DNA of 63,899 nucleotides, counting the filler, from Vannella sp. (taxonomy: Eukaryota): assembly GCA_023345925.1 (NCBI GenBank). It is 8 parts of 8 records of this genome, joined end to end, with 100 filler letters (N's around TTAATTAATTAA, not from the genome) between each part and the next. Parts side by side here need not be neighbours in the genome. Positions count along the whole stretch, not along the records: positions 1 to 6,625 come from JAJQQN010001117.1; positions 6,726 to 14,199 come from JAJQQN010000562.1; 6 more parts are not named here. One strand, given 5' to 3'. How positions within the stretch are numbered: the first letter of the stretch is position 1; each line of letters starts with the position of its first letter. The position numbers and the translations under genes are program-made. Shown in pieces: positions 1 through 12,644 of the stretch. The notes beneath the pieces were generated by a model that was not told the origin of the DNA, did no database searches, and saw only the letters and a program-made list of their open reading frames with translations.

Positions 1-2581
1 TTACGCTCCGCTTGGTAGAGAAGCTACCAAGCCATTCCATCTCTGCAGGGTCTGTCATTTGTGTTCAATGGAAGCGTCCAACAGCTGTGGTGAAGAGTAT
101 TACCAAGAAGAAGAACAAGGATGAGCCGCTGATGGCCAAGAGCGGTGATTTCTCCCAGGTGCCCTACCAGTATGGTGTAGCGGAGTGGCCAGATGATGAG
201 ACATCTTCTGTACAGCTAATCTGTACCATGCTACGTCAAGCGGGAGCCAAAACTTTCAAGAGAAAGAAGGTTTCCTTTCAGATCATCTGCTTCCATCCCT
301 ACCTCCCCCACAAGGACCGTCGTACCTTAGGGAAGGCAGTATTGGATCTAGGAGAGCTTATAACACCATCAGGACACTGCACACTCTCCCGTCAAGTGCC
401 TGTGCAGAACCGCTACAACGCGGGTGTTCTTCACCTCCACATTCGTGCAGAACCTGCCAGCACAGCATCAAACAAGTCCTCGGGCATCCCACAACCTAGG
501 ATGAAAGCGAAGGGCTTCCTGAGGCGTGTCTCAAAGCATCTGGGACCTGAATTGGGGACTGATCAGGACGAGATGACCGGGAACGGCTCAGATGATATAA
601 TGACAGACCTGGGAGAGGTTGATGGCGGCTATGCTGATCGTGTGGTACCAAAGACAGCTCCTGTTGATGAGAGCCGGTTGACTGTGGCTCCGAGGAAGCC
701 ATCCGTCAACGAAGCCCAATTGAAGAAGGAGCTGGAAGACTCAGAGTGGCGCAAGATGGAGCTAGAGCGCCAGATAAGACACGTCACATCATCCAAACAG
801 ACTAACGATGCTATAATCGATCAACTGTGCTTCGGCCATCAAGATGATGACGAAAACGAGCCTGAAAAGGGGGAGAAGTCACTCACAGAGCTTGAAAAGG
901 ATATCCGTGAGCTAGAAGAGACCAAACAGCAACAGAATCTAGCGCTAGAGAAACTAATTCAAGCCATCCGAGCCGAAGAGACAAAGATTGACTCCAACAT
1001 GGCATCCGAAGGAGAGTTGACGACCAAACTTTTCCAACAGGAGAACCAGCCTGCAGCCAAGAAGGTACTTGAGACAGCACTCTTGGCAGAACTGAATCTA
1101 GAAGACCTTAAAGAGCAGAAACACCAGCTCACTACGACATTGCACGATTATGAAGAGACAATGCAACAACTGGAAGGTCCCCAAAATCCTGCAAACATCT
1201 TGGGAAAGCAATTACAGTTGCTAAAGACTGCTATGCTGAGTTACCGTCAAGAGTACGAGGAATACACAAGCCAGGGGAAGGAATTAGCCCTCAGAAAAGA
1301 GGAAATTGAAGATCGCCTTGAAGATATCAAGGAGGGTGGCTCCCGTAGTGCCGCTCTACAGGTAACTCCCGAGCAGTTCCGTGCTCGAGTTCACTTCCTG
1401 AGGAAACAGTTCCTTTGTGAGTTTGAGGCATATGACCCCATCACCAAGGAGCCGGCAGCAGCTTTGGCAATTATCCAGTTCATTGAAGAGAATGATTGTG
1501 AAGAAGGCTGGCTAATGGAGGTACTCCTCATGCTCCGCTTTATGGCAGTTAATGCTCGCCGAGACTTCCAGCGCCTTTGCTATCTCCTTTCAACTGCATT
1601 ATGCTTGACAAACTATCTTGAGAATTCTCCCAGGTTCGGATACAGTGGAGATGTGCAAGGCTTTGGGGTCCAAGATGATGTTACAGAGAGTGGTACTACA
1701 ACTGAAGAGCTGACAGTTCAACAGAAAGTGAATTTACTTAACTTTGAGTTGTATTTACTTCTCTGCCAGCAAGTCTTCCCGTTGCTGGATCAACAACTTG
1801 ATGTGTCTTTCCTTAGTGACCATGCGTTGATCCTTGACAAGTCCTCCAAGATGATGGATCCTTCACGACTCGCTGGAGGATTAACAAAACTACTGAATAG
1901 TGTCCTGCGCCAGCTCAATGATGCTTCCATCTATCCCGTTGTCGTCAAGCAGATCTTCCACCAACTTGTATTCTACCTCTCTGCTAAGCTCGCCAACAAG
2001 CTCCTCGAAACGCCTGACCTTTGCACATCCACCTTTGCCATGCGAATTAAGATGGGATTGTCTTTCCTGAATGGTTGGATTCAAGAAGCCTCCGCCAAGG
2101 CGTCCAACATTCTTGCGGACTGCGAGTAAGTTACTTTGTGGGTGGTTGGGATTACGACTAACCAAGGGTTAGGGACCATCTCACTATCATCTTGGACGTT
2201 GTAGGAGTCCTTCTGACGGCGACAGGAAGCGAAGAGCCCTTCCAAACTATCGAATCTGTGGAGGAGCGCTTCTCTATGCTGAATCTACTTCAAGTTCAAA
2301 CCCTCCTGAAAGCTTACCAGCCTGATGCAAACGCTCCTGACCCAGTCCCAGCGAGTATCACAAAGGCAGTGCAACGGCTGCTCGACCAATTGCCCGCCAA
2401 AGAACGGAGCCGCCTTGTCAAGGAGTTCCCTTACCATCTGAGTCTATCTCAATTCAACCCGCTTGCGGAGATGGAAAGCGGGTCCGACGAGGAGGAGAAG
2501 CGATTAGCAGCCGAAGATCAATTCGAGATATCCGACGAAGAAGCCAGCGACAACGGACTTGACCTCAGTGAAGATGAATAA
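1..2581 (+). CDS. NT-type C2 domain + coiled-coil + Dilute (DIL) domain protein, 5' end open
   Basis: N-terminal VQWKR...RTLGKAVLDL...LHLHIRA resembles NT-C2. Long heptad-rich middle. C-terminal QIFHQLVFYLSAKLANKLL...CT...AMRIKMGLS..W and LNLLQVQTLLKAY match DIL. A GT-AG intron at ~2126-2172 with a CTAAC branch joins ORF 12-2129 to ORF 2192-2581. Confidence 0.7.
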
Positions 2582-2673
2582 CTCTCCTTTCGATACTCTC
2601 ACACTCTCAGGAATAGCGCATCCAAGTGGGGCGGCTTGGAAAGCAACAAATGGAATGTATGGAATGCGAGAAT

Positions 2674-3807
2674 CTATCTGCTGGCCTCTTCTGAGGCTGG
2701 GAGTCGGGCATTCTTGTTAATGTCGGGTGACGTTTCGTACCAGCAAGGGTTTTTGACTTGCCAGACGTTCTCAGAGACCTCACGGAAGTAGGCTGGCTCG
2801 TGTTTCTCCTCTTCCTTGCGACGGATCCGTTCGGCTTCCTCGATTGCACATTTCTTCACTTCAGCGAGTTCCAGATCGTTTGCGATGATGGCTTGTGTGA
2901 CTTCACTCCATAGTTTGATGGAGGAGTTGGAAGGAAGGTCCTCCATCAGAGGGTACTCCATTGGGGCGGGGGTCATCTTGCCCGCATCGCATAGGAAGCG
3001 TTTGTTGGTGCCTTTCGCGTCATCAGAGAAGTAGATCGGGTGACCAGTGACTCCACTGATCATACCTACGTCCTCATTGTTCAACCGGACCGCTCCTTTG
3101 ACCGGATTCTGAGCTTTGGCAGCTTCCAGAACCAAGTCAGCGCTGTAGCCTGTGGACTCGCACTTGATGGAGAGGTTACCGTGCCAATAGATGTGTTTGG
3201 TACCAAGGATAACGTTCTGAATGAGGATATCGGGCGAGCACTTGCTGAGATGATACACTTCCACTTCACCGGACGGGAGAGTCAGCTGAACTCTCATTCC
3301 TCCCAGCATGGAGACTGTAACCGAGTTACCGTTGAAGGTGACGGAGAAGTTGGTGTTCCCTTCAATCACAACGCCCTTGGCGGGGATCGCTGTGTGGAAG
3401 GCGGAGATGGGCGGGTGATGTCGAACTTGTTCACACACGAAGAAGGCTGTGTTGGCGCTTTTGAGTGTGGCTCGTGCTTTGTGCTCTTCTCCAAGAACGG
3501 AGTTGTAAGGTTTGTGGTTGAAGTTCTCTTCCTGGGCCGAGGAAAGCAACCATGTAAGTACGGCAATGAAGCGCTCTTTGGGATCCTCGTGGGTTGCTGC
3601 GTTCTCGATCTGCTCAATGCTAGAGAGGTTACGTGTAGCAACCTCCTCCAAGATCGAGTAAGGGCGACAAAACAGCGCTGGAATGCTGATCTTTGTCATG
3701 TCCTGTCCGACTCGCAGTTGCGAGATGAACGCCTTTGCTGCTCCCCACAGAGAGATCTTCCGGTTCTCCCATTCCCCGTGAATGTTCGAGTAGCTTTGAG
3801 AAGTCAT
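2674..3807 (-). CDS. Oxysterol-binding protein family (short ORP)
   Basis: Motifs GQDMTKISIPA, KPYNSVLGE, EQVRHHPPISAF (OSBP fingerprint EQVSHHPP) and K..IEE.ER. Intronless, 377 aa. Confidence 0.92.
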   Translation of the reverse strand: MTSQSYSNIHGEWENRKISLWGAAKAFISQLRVGQDMTKISIPALFCRPYSILEEVATRNLSSIEQIENAATHEDPKERFIAVLTWLLSSAQEENFNHKPYNSVLGEEHKARATLKSANTAFFVCEQVRHHPPISAFHTAIPAKGVVIEGNTNFSVTFNGNSVTVSMLGGMRVQLTLPSGEVEVYHLSKCSPDILIQNVILGTKHIYWHGNLSIKCESTGYSADLVLEAAKAQNPVKGAVRLNNEDVGMISGVTGHPIYFSDDAKGTNKRFLCDAGKMTPAPMEYPLMEDLPSNSSIKLWSEVTQAIIANDLELAEVKKCAIEEAERIRRKEEEKHEPAYFREVSENVWQVKNPCWYETSPDINKNARLPASEEASR

Positions 3808-3982
3808 CTAGGAGGAGCAACGTCTGGTCAAATGTCAGGAGAGCAACGGCGAAGGCCATTTTTGGCCAGCAGCATAAACGCATGTTTATTACATACACCT
3901 TTTCCTACTTTTTTCTCGCCTTGAAGACCATATTTAAGCGAGAGCGACCCATGGTGGTTCACTTCCCATTGATCCTTCCATC

Positions 3983-4844
3983 ATGAACCCCATCGACACC
4001 CTCTTTGACTCCTTCGACTCTATCGACACCCCCTTTTACTCCTTCGACCTTTTCGGAGAGACCCAGTCTTTCGCGTTGCCTCCTGAGGTGCCCTCGTGTT
4101 TTAAATTATTCTAGTCGAGTCCTTCACACACCGCCTGAACCAGATCTTTCAACCACTGGGGCCCCCTCAACCTTCGCCCCACCTGTCCGAAGCTCCGTCC
4201 CTTATGCCGGTCCTTTTCCAACCCCCAGTCCTCAGGAGGACACTTTGTATGGTCACTTCGACCAGAACGGACCTACTGGGGTGTTCTCTTCACCTACAAA
4301 GGTACAGATAACCTCAGGTTACGCTGAGCGAGGCGCTTTGGATCCAGGGACCGACCCCAGCGAGGGGGAAGAGCGACCTTATGTTCTGAACCAATGGAAG
4401 AACTCTCGTTTTGGACCGTATGAGACGAGTACCTTCAGCCTAGCTTCGATTGGGAAGACCCGCCGCTTGCAATTTGTTGGCTTCCATGACCTAGCTGCTG
4501 CCATTTCTGTTCAGGTGGTGCCAATCGGGGATCACCCTCAGGGTATTATCCCTTGTCTCTCTCTGACGACTTCGCCACAAGTAAACCTCGCTCCGCTTGT
4601 TGTCAAAAACGTGACATCACAGGTTGAGATCTTTCTGTGTGTTCCCAAGAAGAGCAGAGTTTCTGGAGACCACGAGATGGTCATCGCAATCGATCCAGCT
4701 GATGGTTCTGTGCAGAAGACCTGGAGTACCGAAGTGCGCTCTGTGGGTCACAAACACCCCACTACCCTGAAAAACCGTGAACGTGTTAGACAATGCGTGG
4801 AACAAAGGTTGGTGCTGAGCAACTCTGGTTTCCAACTCATTTGA
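3983..4844 (+). CDS. Hypothetical protein (Pro/Ser-rich N-terminus, globular beta-rich C-terminus)
   Basis: 840-nt open frame at 4005-4844. The nearest ATG (3983) is out of frame and would need a short intron ending at TAG 4114. Start uncertain. Confidence 0.45.
3991..4050. repeat. Imperfect 30-bp tandem duplication
   Basis: catcgacaccctctttgactccttcgactc followed by tatcgacacccccttttactccttcgacct. Confidence 0.7.
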
Positions 4845-5106
4845 TGTGGCGCGCCATTCTCTCCGAACAGACTCTCCCTCCCAACCTCTCTCCCTTTCCA
4901 TTTTCTCTTTGTTTCTCCATAAACTACTTCTTCCTTCAATCTCATTGATCTGCAAGAAGGTCCAAAGAGCAACTGGACATCGAAGTGAATGGAAGAATGG
5001 TATCAACACTCTTTTTGTAACGAGTTGGGCTTCTGATTCCTCCACCATGAGCGACTTTAGAATGACACTGGTTGCTCCACTTCATGTGCTTGGCAAGAAA
5101 GGCAGT

Positions 5107-6348
5107 TCAGAGCTGCCCAACGCCCAAGTAGGGATTGTGGAGGCCAGCAAAGGGCATTTGAGGGCGTTGTAACCTATTATCGGAGGTGAATTACGTAGGA
5201 CCCAAACAAGGATGAACAAGTTACCAATTATCAGGAGACCAGCAGCTTCTTGCATCAACCACATGGAAGGTGAAGGCTTGGCGAGAGCTTTCAGAAAGGT
5301 TCGAATAACTTTTGTGCAGCAATCCACCATGCAGAATAATCATAGAGCCTTCAAGCATATTAGGAAGACTCCCAAACACAAAAGCATTACCTTTGGGAAC
5401 CGGCAGCGACACGTAATCCTCGTCTGGTGCAGGATGGTCGAAAGTGTCTTCCCCAAAAGCAACTTTTGTCCCACTTCGAAGGAATCTTTTCTGGCAAGGA
5501 TGCTCTGTTGAGGGGGAATGAGAAGACAGAAAGAAAAAACAGGGCAGGGTTCGTCACACCCTTATGAGATCCTGGAGCAGCCCAAAGGCATCCATTATTC
5601 AGAGTGGCATCCTCCAAGGCAAACCACAATCCAAAGCATGACAGAGGATTTGTGTGAATGAACCAATTATCTTGATGAACTCCAACTTTTCGGCTGTTAG
5701 ATAGCTGTGTCTTGGAGGGATTCTTGAAGGATTGTCTCACCTTCCCCTCCAATGCGTGGTTGCTTGTAGATGTACATGGACTGGACAAAGAGGGGATCTT
5801 CAAGGCCAATGACCTTTTGTATGACCTCCTTCATCAGATCAGAGCGGCAGAATCCACTGAAAACGTCATCCAAATCGTGAAGAGCTGCAAACGAGGTGAG
5901 AACGAGCCAATGTACTCCAAGGGAGGGGTCCTACCGTGTGCAATCTTGTTGATGGAGAGATTTTTAGCTTGTTTAAGAACGCCATTGGTGTCAAACGCAT
6001 CTGGCTCAAAGAAGAAGCTGATCTTTGATGAGGACTCGAGAAAATACTCGTTTGAAGTCTCCTGCTTCGTGTTAGAGGACTAGAGGGGAGCACATCTACT
6101 CACAGCTTGATCCTTTGTACTGAAGACACTGCGGTGGGAGGTTGGGTCAAAGGAGTCCACCAACAATTCTGCTCGTTCCATCATCCGGTCAACCATCTCC
6201 GCTGGGATCACCTTTCGTTCATCAGTCCCCCGCAACAACAACACCATTCCATACATACTCCCTCAATCACAAGATAGCCATCTTCCTGCAGCTTAGCACT
6301 GAGTACCGACGCCTTCTCCACCAAAGCGGGGGAAGAGGGCACTTCCAT
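5107..6348 (-). CDS. Phytanoyl-CoA dioxygenase family 2OG-Fe(II) dioxygenase (PHYHD1-like), multi-exon
   Basis: Exons encode [42 protein letters not shown] (HxD), [12 protein letters not shown]...SRQAFTFH and WSPDNW|LQRP. Confidence 0.88.
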
Positions 6349-6401
6349 CACCCCAATCACCCAAAAAATGAATTCAACAAGAAACAGAATCCTTCAAATA
6401 G

Positions 6402-6625
6402 TTAATGAATTGACTTTTTACTTTGTTTGAGCCAGGAATGGTTCATTACTTGCTGAATGGATGGGCGGGAAGATGGGTCCGCATTAAGCATCCAGGAAAG
6501 GAGATGTGAGCATTTGGGGTTGAGGTGTTGTGTGTTTGAGAGACTGACAGGGAGGGGGAAGGACATCGTGCTTGAAGGGGCCCAAGGGAAGAAGCCGGTG
6601 AGGAGAACGTGAAGAATGACTCCGA
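6402..6625 (-). CDS. Ser/Thr protein kinase, C-terminal fragment (contig edge)
   Basis: Manual translation GVILHVLLTGFFPW...CSHLLSWMLNADPSSRPSIQQVMNHSWL matches kinase subdomains IX-XI. Confidence 0.78.
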
Positions 6626-6725
6626 NNNNNNNNNNNNNNNNNNNNNNNNNNNNNNNNNNNNNNNNNNNNTTAATTAATTAANNNNNNNNNNNNNNNNNNN
6701 NNNNNNNNNNNNNNNNNNNNNNNNN
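6626..6725. other. Artificial contig linker
   Basis: N-run, TTAATTAATTAA (stops in all six frames), N-run; 100 nt. Confidence 0.98.
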
Positions 6726-7669
6726 ACGGAAGCTGGCATTGACCTACGCGCCCTCTTCTGGTCTGGCAGCTATTTTGGAGACGTTCTGGCGCGGTCAGAA
6801 GCTCATGAACACTCCGGAACGTATTGAAAGGATAACATACGAAGCGTGCCGCGATGCAGCTGTGGATGGAGTGACCATTCTCGAACTGCGGTACCAACCC
6901 TCCTTCATTCAGATTGGCCATTCTCACCTCTCCTTTGCTGTCATCCACGAGTCTGTCGTCCAAGGTGTTTCCAGAGCAGAGAAGGACTTCCCCCGCCTCT
7001 GTGTGGGTCTGATTGGCATCATTGGTCGCAATCTAACCAAAGAGATTGCTGAGGAGACGACAAACTTCATCCTTGAACACCGAGAGACCTTCGTAGGAGT
7101 GGATTTGGCGAACGTAGAGATTGGTAACTGCTGTAAGAACTTTGCGCCCATGTTTCAGCGGCTTCACGAGGCTGGGGTTGCGATAACAGGTTCGTACAAA
7201 CTTGTTGGTGCAATGTTGGTTCGCTCTGACCACTCCCTCAGTTCATCAAGGAGAAGAAGGCGACCCAGAAACGATAAGGGACGCAGTGGAACACCTGCAC
7301 GCCAGGCGCATTGGCCACGGGATTCAAGCGGCGAAGTCCGAAAGTGTGATGAGCTTCCTCCGTGAGCGTGGCATTCCTCTGGAGGTGTCTGTCACGAGCA
7401 ACTACATCGTGGGCGTTGTCCCTTCGATCGCTGAGCATCCCATCACCACCCTCCGAGACAATGGCTTGCTCGTCACCATCAACACGGACGATCCCGTCCT
7501 CTTCGGAGATTGCACTTTGAGCAGCGAATATCATCTCCTTGAGACTCAACATCATTGGACCCGAGAGGATTTCAAAAATGCCAACCGAATCGCATTTAAT
7601 GCTTCTTTCATTCCAGAAAGCCGACGGGCGCTTTTCTGGTCCGAGGAGCTTTTTGACGCTTCTAAATGA
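6726..7669 (+). CDS. Adenosine deaminase family, 5' truncated
   Basis: Motifs DGVTILELRYQP, VGVDLA, VHQGE (after an intron at ~7190-7242), RIGHG, PLEVSVTSN and TINTDDP. Confidence 0.92.
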
Positions 7670-7742
7670 TCGCTCCTCTCATAATTTGTCCACAGAAAGA
7701 CAGGCGAGGCATCAAATATTCTATTTGCTGGCAGGGTTCGTG

Positions 7743-10700
7743 ATGAGCTCTGACTTTTGGGTTCGTGCAACGGGCGATAGTGAATGTAGGGACCTTTTGG
7801 TGAGGTAGAAGTGTTCTGAGTGCTCATTCAGATGTGCTGCTGCACCAGAACGAACTCTACCGAAAGAAACTCCTTCAGGACATCAAGTTGTCCATTAACG
7901 AGGTTATTGGGGCATCCGTAAGCGCTGAGGAGGCTCTTACTGAACAAGTGTCTGGCGTAAACGAGCTCTGCTTTCAGCTGGAGGCCACTCTGGTCCACTG
8001 TTTGCAAGGGGATAAGAGTTCGTCCAACTACGCTCGTAATCTTGTCAGTTTCTGGGATTACATTCATCTGGTCTCGCGTGGCGGCTCTCCCTTCCTTGAC
8101 CGCGTAAGGAAGGACGTAGAACGTCTCCCTGACGTTCACACGCTCGATGGGAAGGGACGAGCCTTCATTCGATCCGTTCTCAACTCTGGGCGCTCATCTG
8201 GAGTGTTCCAAGCGTTCATCTCTGATCGCAACAAAGAAAAGTACGTTCCAGAAGCGTACCTGGAGCGGGGTCACTCAATGAGGAGTCTAGGTGGTACACC
8301 AAGTCCGCTCTCTTGCGGTGTGACGAAGAAGCCTCCATGTTAGTGTCTCTATTGTCTGCTTTGGGTACTGTTCGGTTCAACTTGACAGTGAACGAGCCCA
8401 ACTTGGACGTGCGAATGCACCACGATCAGCCAGGGTGAGTCTCTTCCTCTTTCTTTGTCCTATCCAGTGACGTTTCCTCCTTCTAGGAGCCAAACAAGAT
8501 ACCCACAGGCCATGGCCCCTCCTTCAGAGCCCCAAGGCGGGAAGAAGAGGCGGAAGAAGAGAAAAGTCACAATTGTAGAGATTGGGGAGGCCTCTGAGCC
8601 CTCTTCCCGTCCTGTGGCACCGTTGGTAAAGCGCAAAGAGGACAGTCATGACTATAAGAGCATGCTGGCTGAGGTTCTTGAGGACTCTCTTCCTGCTAAA
8701 GCTCCCGAAGGCGCCCCACCAAAGCCAGAATGGGTTGAACTTGAGCGACAGAGGCTTGAGGAAGAAGGCAGAGAACGGCGAAGGCAAGAGGAAGAAGAAG
8801 TCCTCGCGCAACAGTTGGCTTTAAGGCAGGCTGAAGAGAATGCCCGACAAGAGGTGCTGGCGAAGCGCAGAGAAGAAGAGGAAGTTCAAATGAGACTTCT
8901 GGAACTTCAAATGGAAGAAGAGCGTCTCCAAGAGGCTCTCCGCAAAGAGGAGATTCAGCGAAAGGCTGAACTTGCTATTGAAAAACAGAATTGCTTGGAA
9001 GAGGAAGCTCAGGAGCGGCTAAAGGAAGAAAAGGAGAAACGGGAAGTACCTGAAGTACTCTTAAACGAAGAGGTTGAGTCAATAAGGCGTCAGCAGCGCG
9101 AGGACCAGCTTCAAAAGCTTGCTGATGAAGAAGAATCCCGGTTAGCTAAAGGAAAGGAGGAGACACAGGCCATCTTATCAAAAGGATTTGACTGGACCGA
9201 CGAAGCAGAACTGACCGACGAGAATGTCATGGAAGACATCTTTTCAGAGGGAGAGGGAGCTTTTTCGGGTAGTTCTCTTGATGAAGATCAAATGGACCGC
9301 CTGTTAGCCCAAGCCAGCTCGCTCACATCACAAACCCCTTTTTTAAAGTTGATTGAGCCAGTCAAGTTGGAGGAAGAACCCGTTTCTTCAGAGGATGATG
9401 GCAATGGGGTTTCTCCTGAAGAAGCCGCGCTTGCTGAAGTGATGCGTTCTCTACAGGAGACATCATTCATTGAAAACATGGATTTAGATGATCTTGCTCT
9501 GGATACTCCTTACAACAGTCGAGTGCAGGGCGTCCGCCGGAATTTTAAAAGTGACCAAGAGAATGACAGTCCTTATGGGTCTGTTGTGAGGGTGCCTGCG
9601 GACCATATCGACTATTTCCAACTTGCGATTTCGACTGATACGACACCGCTAGCTGTGCCTGCGGATGTGGACCAAACCACTCATATTGTGAGCCCGTTAT
9701 ATGACAGAGACCGAGAGCCTCCAGAGTATGAAAGTATCTCTGCTCATGGATATATTGTTCGGACTGAAAGGAGAGGCGCTGTTCTTGATTTGGTTCCCCC
9801 AGACTCTTCTTCTATTATGGACGAAAACCTCTGGCTGATTATTAAGCGTCAAATACCTCTCCAGTTAATGCCAAAAGGAACCCTCAAAGGCCAGGGAAAC
9901 AAATGTCCTGCATGTGGAATAGAGATAAGTCAAGGTAATCCATTCAAGTACTCACATCTGGATCATCCTTACCTGGTGTAGGCTACTTTACAGCGGCACC
10001 TCGATTCTGCAGCTTTTATAGAATGGTTTTCTGTGACAAATGCCACGCCAACCAAATGGCTGTGGTTCCAGCTTATGTCTTCCGCAAATGGGACTTCACT
10101 TTGTAAGCTATCACAAGAACGGGAGTGTGGGCAGTCTCTAATCTCTACCAGACGAAAGGTTTCCAAGCCAGCTGCAAGGATATTGGAAGCTTTGTATCAT
10201 CAGCCAGTGTACAATATTGCAGAGGCCAATCCGTTTCTGTTGGAGTCTGTCCCAGCGCTGAGGAACGCATCGGTTCGTAACTCCACACGGTTCCATATCA
10301 ACTCTAATGGTTGTGCAGATACTCAGGCAGCAACTCTTCTTTGCCAAAGACTACCTTCTTACTTGCAACAGAGACCGAGTCAATCTTCTACGAACCATCT
10401 CGGAAGCTGATCTCCATTTGGTCTACGAACCCTCGGTGGGTGACACCATGCCTCCAGTTCATTCCCACTCATTTCTCCACAGCTGTACTCGATGCGGGAC
10501 TTGGTTAGCATCTTCCGAGGAGAGCTTTTACAGATAATGCGTTCCTTGGCCAAGAAGTGTATTTCCCACATCAAAGCTTGCCCCTTATGCGGTGCCAAGG
10601 GCTATGTCTGCCAGTTCTGTCGCTCTCCCGAGTACATCTTCCCCTTCCAATTGAAGAGCGTGGCCCAGTGCAAAGGATGCGAGAACTTCTGCCACCGCCG

Positions 10701-10782
10701 CTGCCACAACCCCACAGAATGTCCCACTTGCCACCAGCGCCTCATGAACCACACCAAAGCGTACTCTCATACCACACAATAA
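7743..10782 (+). CDS. RUN domain + Rubicon-homology (DUF4206) Zn-binding protein, PLEKHM1/DEF8/Rubicon-like, multi-exon
   Basis: RUN: LCFQLEATLVHCL...FWDYI...GKGRAFIRSVLN. C-terminal LKGQGNKCPAC and HIKACPLCGAKGYVCQFC..IFPF..C..C...CH..C...CPTC. Confidence 0.87.
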
Positions 10783-10848
10783 ACCTCGCCATCACGGCGC
10801 CTCTCAGAAAGGCCGTTTCAGATTCATTTGGTTTCGCCCCTCTGCGGG

Positions 10849-12469
10849 ATGTCGGCTACGAGCAGCCCTAAAGTGGGCACGCCAACCTCTTTGGTAACCC
10901 CAAGGAGAGGGTCAATGATCGACATGTCGAGTATCAAGAGTAAGGGAGGATCCCCAGCAGGGGAAGAGGGGGCGATCCGGTGGGCCCTTTTGTTCTAACT
11001 CTCTGCGTAGTGGAGTGCGTTTGCACGTTTAACCGTGATATGGGGAAGCTGCTCATCACTGACAAGTACGTGCAGTACCGGAGCCTTCACTTTGATGTAC
11101 GAAAAAGGCCTCTTCTGCTTGGGGCTGGGTTAACACTCAACCGCTGCGCAGGAGAAGCTTCTGTTCTCTACTGTGACCTCCATCAAGAAGAAGGGGTCCA
11201 CTAAGATCGCTATTAAGACTAGCACTGCCCCTGAAGCCTTCTTCTTCGGTCCCTTTGATGCGGTACGGCGAGGAGTCGTTTTCGAAACTCTCCGCGCTTG
11301 CCACAACGTAGGAGCGCTCCTGCTTGCTTTCCTTTGGTGTCTGAGTGCAATGGGGATAGGCTGTTAGTGAAGGTGTCCCTTCTGCACCACGGAGCGACAC
11401 TGGGATCGATCTCAACACCATCCAAGGCTTGGAGGACCAAATCGTTACGGAGATCTTCGATGAGCCTGTTGTCTCTGCTGATCCACCTTTTGGTAGCTTT
11501 GCTGAACCAGATGACAAGGATAACGTGGTGCGTACAGCTGGAAACCGGGAGAACGAGCGGGTTCTGAGGGTAACGGACAGTGCATCGACGAGACTTTCCC
11601 TATTCACCTTCGTCCGCTGTTTGCCTTGATCATGAGTGACTCCTCTGACTTCTTAGAGAAGCTACATCAGCAGGAGGGTGATATTGAGATGGTCTTTAAC
11701 CCTTGGCGGTTGGATTCCAGCAACTCCTTCCACACTCGCCTCTTTGACTTCCGCAAGAAGACGCGTCTGGTCAATGCCTTGGTACACCAGACTCAAGTGG
11801 TCCGTCTGAAGACTCCCAAGTAGGATACGCATGCTCCCCATGTGTCTGTAAGGAGACTTACGAAGGGACAGAGAGCTGATGGTCGAGACCTCCAATAAGA
11901 TGGAGGGTGTGCCCTTTGCTGACTGCTTCACAGTGGACACAAAGTGGAGGATCACCGAGCAGTCTGACGAGTGCCGCATCCAAGTGTGGGTGAAAGTGAA
12001 TTTCACAAAAAGTGTTTCACTGGTGAAAGGGAAGATCGAGCGCAACTCAGTCCAAGGCACTCAGGACTACTTCAAAGCGTATGCAGAAATGCTTCGCGCT
12101 CGTTTCAGTGGAGGCGCTGAGGGAGACAGCAGTGTCCCCAAAGCCTCCGCCCCTTCCAGCTCCTCTGGCACTGCTTCTGGCCGGTCTGACCTCTCTCCTA
12201 TCCTGGCTATCACCTTGGGGATTGGGTGTGCACTTTTCTTTGTGCTGTGGCTGTGGTATTGGTGGTCCGCTGGGAGCTGGGCGACTTATGTGGGAGAGTT
12301 GGAGGCGCGGAACCTGGAACTGGAGCATTTAGTCTCTCAGCTCCAGAACCAGCCCCCGCCTCCCCCTGCTGATGTACAAGAGACCATCCAAGGATGGCAC
12401 GAGAGACTCACAACTGCAGGGGACATTCTGGAGAAGCTAAAGGCCGAGATATCCTCGTTAAGCAAATAG
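10849..12469 (+). CDS. GRAM + VASt (StART-like) + TM sterol transfer protein (GRAMD1/Lam/Aster-like), multi-exon
   Basis: GRAM: GKLLITDKYVQYRS. VASt: GVPFADCFTVDTKW...VWVKVNFTKSVSLVKGKIE. Then a TM helix (ILAITLGIGCALFFVLWLWYWW) and a coiled coil. Confidence 0.85.
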
Positions 12470-12644
12470 TCCATTCCTGCTCACTCAAAGTCCAGCTGCC
12501 GTATGATCACTCTAATGCACTAGGCGTGTGTACATCAGCTCTAGACACGACTAAACACCATTCCAGCAAGGACTCGGTCAAGTATTGAGTTTATCTGTAC
12601 ATCGCTTCTCTCTGGCGACTAGGTTCGGTTCCAGTGGCTCCCCA

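Noticed and set aside
3040..3924. Long antisense ORFs (e.g. 3040-3924, 33528-34280, 38097-38870, 53440-54165)
   Set aside because: Shadows of well-supported genes on the opposite strand, with no recognisable motifs.
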